Below are positions 48,368-58,125 of a stretch of 64,000 nucleotides of DNA, one piece after another (the first letter of the stretch is position 1; each line of letters starts with the position of its first letter). The stretch lies in the NCBI GenBank assembly GCA_964187785.1, contig OZ076413.1, forward strand, positions 71,424,001 to 71,488,000, written 5' to 3'. The DNA is from Amphiscolops sp. MND2022 (taxonomy: Eukaryota). The notes under the pieces were generated by a model. That model saw only the letters and a program-made list of their open reading frames with translations. It did not search any database and had not been told where the DNA came from. The position numbers and the translations under genes are program-made.

Positions 48368-48758
48368 CCTGTCGGTCACAAAGATAATCCAGAGAATGTC
48401 TGTTGTCACTCTCAGTGGAATGATCCGAGTTGCCACAGTTTCCATCTCCTTCAACATCGCCTTCTTCACTATCACTCTCGTCAATCTGGCCGAAACCAGC
48501 CGCGGGCCGAATAGCAGAACCAGCAATCACAGGAGACTGTGCTACTTCCTCACGATCAACATCAGCTGACTCCTCTGCGATCACCAATTGACCCTCAGCA
48601 GCAGAACTGTCGTCACCCAATCCTTGCTCGTTCCCAGAAGTCAACTCACACTCCGTATTTTCTCCATCACCGCCCCGCGACTCGAACTCACTTTCCAATA
48701 CTCCAATCTCCCGCGAACGCATAAAGCGCGCGGCATCCTCATCCGTCGACTCAGCCAT
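48368..48758 (-). CDS. Antisense gene exon 1
   Basis: AAAATGG start context, acidic 130-codon segment, perfect donor CAGG|GTAAGT at 48367. Confidence 0.72.
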
Positions 48759-49040
48759 TTTCTACTATCCAAAGCAATCTAAAAGATAACTACCAAGATA
48801 AACCAACAGAAGACGTGGCGTAAAACCAATGAGATTATTATTATTCGATACTATTAGTATGACGTAATGGAAGTCATTCAGTCTGCCAGCTGAAAACTTT
48901 CCCATTCATGCAAGCGGCGTGAACAGAAGAAAAGAACGGAATTATCATTCAATTACTCGACCATTCCGCAGAACAGCCGCTCAGCATTGCTTACAACTAT
49001 TACTATTTATTGCATACAATTTATTTACTCATCGGATCAA

Positions 49041-49691
49041 ATGAATTCATCGACACTCAATTCCTCAACCGATTATTTCATTTTGGACCGCGACCAAGAC
49101 GCTGCCCCAGTAAACCCCCGCGCACATTCAACACCTACAGCGCTTGGTGATAATTGCGAAAATACTCAAACACCAATTATCGAGGATATTTACGAGATTA
49201 TCAATACTGGGACAGAACATATTGTCCTTTACCATGAGTCGGCGCCGATATCTATACTAGAAACAGCCCAATCGGATACATTACCATCCAGGAAATTTAC
49301 AAATTTCAACCCAATTATCCCGGATGACGAATTCATGAGCCCCCCTAGAAACTACGAGAATATGGACAATTGGCTATACGGGCCGCACGATGGGACAATC
49401 AGCCCCATCTCTAGTAACTCTAGTTCGATAGGTTACTTCTCAGGAAGTGACTGGTCAACAGATTCGTCCTGGATGTCTTATGATTCAATGGTACAGTCTA
49501 TATTTCAACCTCCCATCTCTTCCCCATTCAGGCCAATTTCACCACTTCTTCCCACAATGGACGTCTCTCATCAAAGCCGGGGACTGTCACAGCCGCCACA
49601 GGGCCGTGGAATAATAAGAACAGAGAGAACGCCAGAGGAAAGAAATGGAGAAATTAACCAAGAAGAAGCTAATAAACCATCACAAACCTGA
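49041..49691 (+). CDS. Sense accessory ORF (216 aa, S/P/T-rich) overlapping PPT and U3
   Basis: ATG at 49041, open through the PPT region and 107 nt into the 3' LTR; no recognisable domain. Confidence 0.55.
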   Translation: MNSSTLNSSTDYFILDRDQDAAPVNPRAHSTPTALGDNCENTQTPIIEDIYEIINTGTEHIVLYHESAPISILETAQSDTLPSRKFTNFNPIIPDDEFMSPPRNYENMDNWLYGPHDGTISPISSNSSSIGYFSGSDWSTDSSWMSYDSMVQSIFQPPISSPFRPISPLLPTMDVSHQSRGLSQPPQGRGIIRTERTPEERNGEINQEEANKPSQT

Positions 49692-51695
49692 AAGGAAACA
49701 ATCAACAAACAAACACTCATTGATATTGAACAACCCTGTAAGTGCATAATATTAATATCATCAATCCTCTGCAGTACCTGAAATACATAAATATGTAAAT
49801 AATTAAATAATAATAACTTGTTGTAAATGTGATTTGTTTGCAGTAGCTTGACCAATACGCTGATTGAAGTTATTCCAACCAGCGCACTGACCAGCCTACC
49901 GTCCCAATATCTGCGTAGCAAAACACATTAATTCTCACTGTCCTTTTAATTAACCAATCAGCGCCAAGCGCGAATGTGCAGTATTAACTCAGCTACTATA
50001 CTCGTCAAGCCACCAGTCAGCAAAGACTGGGACGCACGCCTGGGAGCTCGATCGAATTAATCAAAGTGCTAACATATTAAGTGACGTCACGTGTGAAGTG
50101 AATACAAATCCAAAGCTTAGAAGAAGCTTAAATTGTGCAGTATTCAATAGTGAAGATCGAAAACGTGATATTTATAGCATGAAAAGGTGTGATTGAAGAT
50201 TTGTCGATCCCGATAACTGGGACGACCGTTCTAAATTTATAATCTGGGACGACCGCCGGGACGCTCGTTCAGTCATTCTAACTGATCAATCAAGTACAAA
50301 TAATCGATGCTAACTTTAGATAAATGTTTTGTGGCTTAAAAGAAGCTAAATACCAAAAGTACTTCCAATGAGTAATAATCGATGATGCTTGTAGTATTTT
50401 TAACGCGTTCGGTCCACCTTGTAGTTGAGTCAACTTCCCAGGCGGAGCGCTAAATTTCTTTAATATTACAAGAGCCTGGACAGCTGACCGAACGTATTCA
50501 ATTAATACATGCCCTATAGTTAACCTAATAACAATGTTGTCCCTGCTAAATGTGATATTTGACGATAATATAGTAAGACAACCCCCAGTGCTGCCTTTTC
50601 CAGTCCTCACATGCAATGTTTTGTTAATACATAGTTGAGTCAATAGCCCGGTCAAACGGCCAGGTCACTCTAAATGGAATTCGTTACCTGGCGTTCACCC
50701 AGGACTTTTTCGTTAGCTTCAATTTAAAGTGCTAATTAACGGCCATAATCATCTGATTTAGAAGAAATCAGTGCTGTTAGTTTATTTCTTTGATGTTTCC
50801 CTTAAATTACTAGTAGTAAAATTTGGGATTGTTCGGTGATAATTTCATTTCCTTTTCCCGCTTAAGTAGCTAGGTTCATGAATTTCAGTGCCAACTTCAC
50901 CTTCGGCGTCTTGAAAAGGCGGGGAATGAAGAAGAAAGGGACGCGGAATTGGGAAGCGGCAGGAAGTGGATTCCCACTTTTCTTTAAAGTGGGTTGAAAC
51001 CGAATGCCGAGTCCCGAGGAAGAATACCTTTTTTGGATTTCCCCGCTTCGGAAAGGACGCCGAGGTGAACAAGGTGTGAATTCACGCGCGGGGTTTTCTC
51101 CGCGTGTCTAGCGTAAAGTATAAATACCTGAAGCGGGATTAGGAAAAGATAGTTGACAATTTTATTTTTCAAGTGCGTTTGATTAATCATTCTCTGAAAA
51201 TTTTACTTTTGTAATAATCGAGTTAATTGCCTTTGCTTAATATAATTACTTTTGTTTCGGAAAACTTTGGATAATCATTGAACTGAAGCCTCCATTACGT
51301 TTGTAACGGTTCAAGTTTAATTGGAATATTGTTCCTCCACTATTTTTACAAGATGCCTGAGAAATCTCAAAAACGGAAGTTAAGGAGTGACCAGTCGACT
51401 AGCCAGTTCGACGTAGAAACCGCAAGCTCTGTTAACGACGAAAACACCACACTTTCGGAAAGGGATTTTGAAGACATATCCAATAAAATTGAGAATAGAA
51501 TTTCCAAACGTCTCAAAGACACTGAACTCAATCAACGTGAGATATTAAAATTGATTGAGAACCTGTCGTCCAAAGTTGACAGTTTATCGAGCGTTAATTC
51601 TGAACAAGGTTACTCGACGACCAGGACTGAAAATAGCGGGAATCCTACTGTAGAGCTAGAAGAAACTAGTTTGTCTAGGAACGAGAGTTCCAACA
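49585..51695 (+). repeat. 3' LTR of gypsy-2
   Basis: Preceded by AAAGCCGGGGAC (atypical PPT); differs from the 5' LTR by a 12-bp indel and an AATAAA>AATAAT change among the differences seen. Confidence 0.95.
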
Positions 51696-52565
51696 TTTCC
51701 GCGTAACATACAATCCGAGAGAGGCTAAATGATCCCCCTTTCAGTTGTTGCCGGCACTGTAAGAACTTTTTTCGCAAAAATCTCCTCAGAGGGTCCCCTT
51801 CATTTTTTTTGAAATTTTGCAACAGGATGGATGTTAAAAAATCCCGAAGGGTCCACCTTCGACATTTTTCGGCACTGTGAGACTGGTCAAAAGTATCAAT
51901 TTTCGTTTTTTTTTAAATAGCTGCAATATCTTTTATTTTTTTCATACTTTTCAACCAACTGGAGTTTCAAAAAGCCCAAAGTTTAAAAACGAGCGCCTAA
52001 CAAGACATAGCGTTAAGACAGCGCCAACTTTGGCGGTTCCCGGTTTGTTACTTTCTACTCTCGCATTGATATTCTGAATTTTGGTTCCTTGATAACTGTT
52101 GTTTCCTCTTCTTTTTGCAGAGGACGCACGGGATCTTTTCTGCCCCGAAATATTTCATCACACCGTTTTTCTGAAATAGTTACGAAATACTTGGAAGACG
52201 TTTTTATGGGCGCTTTCTGTCAAATAAAGAACCCGACTTTGTACGACTGCAGATTTCACACTGAATGATTCACTTTTAGCTCAAGATTTTTTAAAAATTT
52301 CAGAGACATTTTTTATCACCAAAATTTCAGATGTTTCGCGAAAATATGACAAAAAAGATTCCTTGTTTGGATTTTTTCCTGCTCTGAGATTTGAGCAACT
52401 ACGTTAAAGCGAAAAAGTTCAAACAGCCTGCTTTTAGATTTTCTGAGCAATTTTTCAACTTTTATCAAAAGCAGTTGTTTCGCGACTAGAAAGGACGTTT
52501 AGCTGACTTGAGTTTCCAGCTGGCTTAAGGGTGTAATTCAAAAACACAATTCAATTGGAATGACA

Positions 52566-53206
52566 AACAAGACGAGAACGTCTCAAGTCGGCGCTATATT
52601 TAAGACTCAAAAAGCGCAAAGTTTTTAAAATATGCTCAGGACGTATTAATGAAAAGCTCAGAAAAGGTTTCGAGACACCCAAAGAGTGCCTTTCATGCTC
52701 AATAATACTCGGAAACCCTTTTTCCTCAACTGGGAACAAAAAACCTTTTTTTGAAAAAAAACTTCGGACTTTTTTCTTTCGGAAAATGTCGCATAGTGCT
52801 GAAAAATGTAAAAGGGGGACCTTTGGGATTTATTAACATACATTCTGTTGCAAAATATCACAAAACTCGAAGGGGAGACCCTTTGGGGACATCAAAAACT
52901 TTTCGAAAAAAGTCGCAGAGAAAAAAATCGAAGGGGGACTTTTTAGACTCTTCCGGTTTTGTAGGTTACGTTAAAAGTAAAAATGGAAGGGGGACTTTTT
53001 AGACTCTTCCGGTTTTGTAGGTTACGTTAAAAGTAAAAAATGGAAAGGGGTCTTTTGCATCAAGTTTGCGTTGGCCGGACTTGGCCTGAGTAGTTTTAGT
53101 AGTTTCAGTAAAAAGTGGACCGATCAGTGTGAGGTCTGTGGTCTGAAGAAAAAAAGGTCACTGTAAGAATCGAGCATTTTTCCTTTAAAAGGAAAATGCG
53201 CCGATA
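52566..53206 (-). mobile_element. Helentron/HINE-like element
   Basis: aacaagacgagaacgtctcaagtcggcgc ... gcgccgata; internal GGGGGAC repeats. Confidence 0.65.
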
Positions 53207-54061
53207 AAAAAAAACAGTAATCGATTCTCAGTGGCTGGAACTAGGTATCAAACTGGGATATGAAATCTGGTGGTGTTACAAACTTCTCCAAAAGCATCGA
53301 AAATTCGGGTGAAAAACTAGGAAGAAGTTAATTTCCCAACTGAAATACGAGCGGAAAATAACGAAGACTATTGAGCACACGAACAAGAATGATCTCTGGG
53401 AAAAATTGATCGAGAATCGAAATATTTGATTATTCTGAAAAGTATTTTTTACAAATATACAATTTACAACTTTATACAATTTTCCAATTATTCATTTAAT
53501 TAATTAGTAGACTGAATGATTAGATAATTTTAAACAATCGGATAAAAATGAAGATGAACTTTCCGTATTATGATTAATGAAAGCTTTCATTTCAACCTAA
53601 TTGTCTAGTTATCCAGTTTGACGTCATCCAGTTTGCAGAATGTAGAGTGACGTTCAGGGTTGGCTGATTCCAATCAACTTGATTTAAATCGAATTCAAAT
53701 CAAAGAGTAAAAACCAAAAAACATTGATCGATTGCTATTTTTACCAAAAATGCTGATTTGATTCAATTATAACTCATTCTAATGTTATTAGAGCAACACC
53801 ATCTACTAGTATATTGTTCAAAGTTTCAGATTTGTTTGTATATCAATTTGTTGGACAACAACACACGGTGTAAAGACTAGAAGTTCGCAATATTACGCTA
53901 CTTGAAAAGCAAAGAAAACAATCTGGGTATTGAAAGATGTGGAAAAATTGTATTTTGTTTCCGCGCGTTGAATCAGTAATTTGATTTGAATGTCAAAGGT
54001 TAATTGACTCTTTCAAATGCATCTTTTTAGAAAAATAAAATAAATAAATTCAAGGAATATT

Positions 54062-54585
54062 CATTAGAGTGCACAGGCAAGCCTTATTTGCTCAAAGCGC
54101 AACATGGTGCTTTCAATATCTCGGATTCCACGACCATACCTTTAACCGTGCAAAATTGGCAAATTACGTCATTTGTCCCGGATTCCACGGATTTAGTCGT
54201 GGATTCCAGTAGCAAATGCTTAGCTGTACAAACTGTCGGCATGCAGCGGTTTCCCGGATTCCACAAAAACGTAAGTTTTGCGAAATGAACCAATCACATT
54301 GCAGAAATCATAAATTTCCTGGATTCCACGACGCGGCATCTCTTCTTGAATTAAATTCTGAAGACTGAACAAACATAATATTATGCACTACTTTTCGTAT
54401 ATTAATTATGATTACTCGTAAATTAATTATGATTACTCAAAATCAGCGGACCAATCAGAGAGCAGCGGCAAAAGTGTCATTATAGCAGCAGTATTGGCGT
54501 GGAATCCAAGACACGCTTAACATCAAAGAGAAATTTTGTCCTGGATTCCACGACTTTTCTCAACTTTCGCCTGTGCACTGTAATG
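54062..54585. mobile_element. MITE with CATTA termini and GGATTCCACG subterminal repeats
   Basis: TIRs cattagagtgcacaggc / gcctgtgcactgtaatg; about six GGATTCCA(CG) motifs in both orientations. Confidence 0.65.
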
Positions 54586-54774
54586 TTCAAAACAATATTT
54601 AAATCCAAGAGAATTTTTAAAAATCATTTAAATCCAAGGAAATAAAAAAATCATTTAAATCCAAGGAAATTTTAAAAAATCCTTCAAGTCAAAGGAAATT
54701 TGAAGTCCGTTCATTTGAATCATATTTGAATCAGTCATTTAAAAATATCCGATTTTTATCCTACACTGGTGTCG

Positions 54775-54900
54775 TTAGAAGCAGATGTTGGCAGATTCCA
54801 GGAAGATGAGTTGTTCTACTAGGAAACAGTGATCGGAGTCCGGGTGCAGTCTGTTCAAATTCTCCACAATCCCCGATTCGTTCAGGCCTTGTTGGCGTGC
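54775..54900 (-). CDS. NEK11: NEK11-like kinase, terminal coding exon
   Basis: Acceptor gtgttttcgacag, phase 0; ARQQGLNESGIVENLNRLHPDSDHCFLVEQLIFLESANICF* resembles the recalled NEK11 C-terminus (RARHQNASEAEIRECL...DCFEVDQLLYFE). Confidence 0.72.
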   Translation of the reverse strand, partial: ARQQGLNESGIVENLNRLHPDSDHCFLVEQLIFLESANICF

Positions 54901-55154
54901 CTGTCGAAAACACATTAAAGTAATCATCTAACCATTCATCCAAAAGGAATGTTGCTCTAAAACCTACCAAACCCCATCTGACCATTCATACGATGGAATT
55001 TTCTCTAAAATCTCCCAATCAGACCCCCCAAACGCGATAAACTATGTGGAAAAGGTATTGCAAAATTAGCATAAATTGGTAGCTGATTATATGCATTTAT
55101 GTGAAGTCATCAAAATAGAGTAAAATAGAGTGTTTTAGAGAAATTTTAACGAGT

Positions 55155-55573
55155 ATCATTACGAGACACATCCCGGTAAAATGGATATCAGTCACGCAGC
55201 GTAATCTGTGAAATCAGTAAAATGGTCATTCAGCGTAAGTTAGTAAAGACGGTCTACTCCTGAAAGGTGTAGCTGAGTCAACGCGCGTAATGGAAAATAG
55301 TGTAAACTAGTCAAGGTGCGTAGGCAGTGAAAAGAGGAAATTAGTCCAAAAATGCACTTTTCCGTAATTCAGTCAAACTTTGACTAACTTCCACTTATTG
55401 CAAGTATAGCGATCTGCAATTTGCGAAGCTGTGTCAACTAGTGTAATGACTTATCAATGCGTGTAATGTGTGACGAGTGTAAATCTTCCAAAAAAATATT
55501 CGCGCTCTGATTGGACAAACATCGAACTAGCAGGATCCTGCTAGTTCGTTACCGGGATGTGTCTCGTAATGAT
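55155..55573. mobile_element. MITE with 25-bp perfect TIR
   Basis: atcattacgagacacatcccggtaa / ttaccgggatgtgtctcgtaatgat; internal perfect 26-bp palindrome at 55523-55548. Confidence 0.8.
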
Positions 55574-56579
55574 TTTCAATAGTAGTTTTTCAAGGTGTGT
55601 GTTTGTTTTTCGGTAATTCTTCTTATTTCAGAAAAAGGTTCCTGGAAGCGATTTGTGACCAAAAAGCAATTCAAAAGACAAAGAGGTCATTTTTCAGATT
55701 TCGAAATGGGTAAATTCAACACAGTTTGAGAAATTCTAGTCTTTTCCCTGGCAAAAATTCAATAAAGTTATCATTGAATGTTTAAATATACTTGAAGTCA
55801 AACGTTCAATAGTTTGAAAAATCTTTTTCAGCGAAACAGCGATTTTGAAATCAACAATTTAGCAGCGATTACTGCATAAAAGCGATGTCAAAACTCTGGC
55901 AAGCACCCTCACTTTGAAAATCCGATTTTGAAAAAGCGATGATTCACCGACAATGGGACGAATTGCCGCTTGTGACGAATTGTCGCATTACGCTTTCAAA
56001 AATGGTCCAAATTCATCTCGCAACGGAGACTTCAATTATTCCAAATTAGCATACTGACACCCAAACTCTTTTCATTGACACGTCCTCCATGTAATAAGGG
56101 CACAAAATCTCTCTCTACACCAAATCCCGGTTTCAATACGCGCGGTCCTTATTTTAAACCTTCTTAACAGAAAAGAAAGAAAAAATTGGAGAAAAAATAT
56201 TCCAATTTCTTTTCCCTCATCGAATACAGATACTTGAGATTCTTGATAATAAACATGGATGCAGTTTTCGATGACCTCAATTGGCTAAATATTTTTGAAA
56301 CTTTGAAACATACAAAAATTGGGACAAATTCAGAAAACCGTGAACTAATTCCTTCTATTTCAGGAAGAAGTTCACGGAAAAGATTTGGAACCCAAAAGTA
56401 ATTTAATAAAAAGCCTATTATCAGGTTTCAAACTGTGGGTGAGTTAGGTGATCAGCGACGTAAAAATGAAAATTGAATTTCAAGTTAAATGTCATAAGTT
56501 AGAAATCACACAAAATCTTGTTTTTTTTCCACATAGTTGAACTACTTGACTCAATTTTGTGCAAAAACTGTTCATTTTC

Positions 56580-57149
56580 TAGTCGGCGCTTTATGAAGTG
56601 AAAAGCGACTATAATAGTAACTCTTTTTTTCAATCCACACCAACTGACCAAAATAGTTCTTAAACGTTCTACGAAACTTTATGGTCCCAAATTGAATTAT
56701 TTGGCCTAGCGAACTGAACCAAAAAAGTTTTTCCTCTTTTTCCGCGTAACATTCAATACCGGGAGAGACTAAAGGGTCACCTTTTCAGTTTTTTCGGCAT
56801 TATGAGACTTTTTTTAGAAAAAAAATCCCAAATGGTCCCCCTTCAATTTTGTGATGTTTTGCGACAGAATGGATCTTAAAAAGTCCTAAAGGGTCCCCCC
56901 TTTCAGTTTTTTTCGGCATTGTAAAACTTTTCTCAATTTTTTTTTCACGAAAGGGTCCCCTTGAATTTCTTGACGTTTTGCAACAATGTATGTTGAAAAA
57001 TCCGAAAGGGACCCCCTTTTAGCGCGGCAATTTGGTCCTACTTTTGGGTTTTTCGGGTACTGTAACAGATACAATACTTGACACTTTGAAGTGCTCTTGC
57101 TATTTTTGAGCCTCGATATTGCGCCGACTTATGCCGTTCCCGGCTTGTT
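56580..57149 (+). mobile_element. Helentron/HINE-like element, full-length
   Basis: tAGTCGGCGC ... GCGCCGACT-tat-GCCG-ttcc-CGGC-ttgtt. Confidence 0.7.
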
Positions 57150-57328
57150 TCCCGCAACGGAGACTTTAACCAATAAAGACTTTTCCAAAAGCAAACAGTC
57201 TCACTTGGAAACCCATTTTGAAAAGGCGACGATTCGTCCACTATGGGACAAATTGACGCTTGTGACGAATTGCCGCATTACGCTTTTCAAACACGGTTCA
57301 AATTCATCTCGTAACGGAAAGTTTAATT

Positions 57329-57693
57329 CAGGGTTTCGACATCGCTATTTTTTTCGCTAATTACTAAACCGCTATTTTCAAATTCGCTATTTCGCTGAAA
57401 AGTTTTCTTCAAACTAATAAATGATTGACTCCAAGTGTGTTTCAAAAATCGATGCTAACTTCATTCAATTTTTGCAAGAAAAAAGACTAAAATTTTTCAT
57501 ACTGAGTGGGTTTTGCTAAAGTAAGAGGTGGAATTTTTCGCAATTCATTTTGAAAGCCCGTGTATACTTTTAGCAAAATTGATTTTGGACATTCTTTCAG
57601 TTGCCGCTATTTCGAATCGCTAATGAAATAGCTGAAAAGTTCATGCGCGGCCGCTAAATCGCTTAATTGCTGATTAGCGGTGTCAACACTCTG
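57329..57693. mobile_element. hAT-type MITE
   Basis: TIRs cagggtttcgacatcgcta / tagcggtgtcaacactctg; degenerate TSD gtttaatt/cttttatt. Confidence 0.78.
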
Positions 57694-57873
57694 CTTTTAT
57701 TATCCAAATTAGCATATTGACATCCAAACTCTTTCCATTGACACACCCTCCATGTAATAAGGGCAAAAATACTTTCTTTCTCTCTCAATACGCGCGGTCC
57801 TTAGTCTATACCTTTTTTAGCAAAAAAAGAATAGAAAAATAGGAGAAAAAATATTCCCAATTCTTTTCCTCAC

Positions 57874-58125
57874 CGAGTGCAGATATTTGTAGACCTTGTC
57901 GAAGTTGCGTTGGCCCATCTTGCGGATGCACTCTCGTCGCATGTTGTCGATCTTTTTGGCCTTGATGGAGGGAGAGAAGGGGTCGGCGAACAGGACGGGG
58001 TGCTGTCTGTTCTGCTGGGGGTGACCCCCTGCCCCTGTCCCCTTGACCTTCTTGCTGACCCTGGGGCCGGCACCCGAGACATCCATCTCGTCCACTCCAG
58101 GCACTATATCATCCACGTCCACTTG
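57874..58125 (-). CDS. NEK11: NEK11-like kinase, penultimate coding exon
   Basis: Acceptor tgtttag, donor TCG|GTGAGG, 252 nt phase 0-0; KAKKIDNMRRECIRKMGQRNFDKVYKYLHS resembles recalled NEK11 KMKRMRESAMQKLGTEVFEEVYNYLK; joins the 54900 exon in frame. Confidence 0.75.

Larger units (their letters stand above)
35950..51695 (+). mobile_element. Ty3/gypsy LTR retrotransposon 2 (young, apparently intact, 15,746 bp)
   Basis: TG...CA LTRs of 2123 and 2111 bp, nearly identical; perfect 5-bp TSD TTTCC; PBS; intact gag and pol; extra ORFs. Confidence 0.97.

Noticed and set aside
49739-49773. GTAAGT...CTGCAG mini-intron in U3 (also about 36104-36138)
   Set aside because: Under 40 nt, outside any ORF, and no way to support it without transcripts.
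54590-54700. About 26-28 bp tandem repeat (aaatcatttaaatccaagg) and the 33-bp repeat at 60640 as a CRISPR array
   Set aside because: No unique spacers, no cas genes, eukaryotic context.
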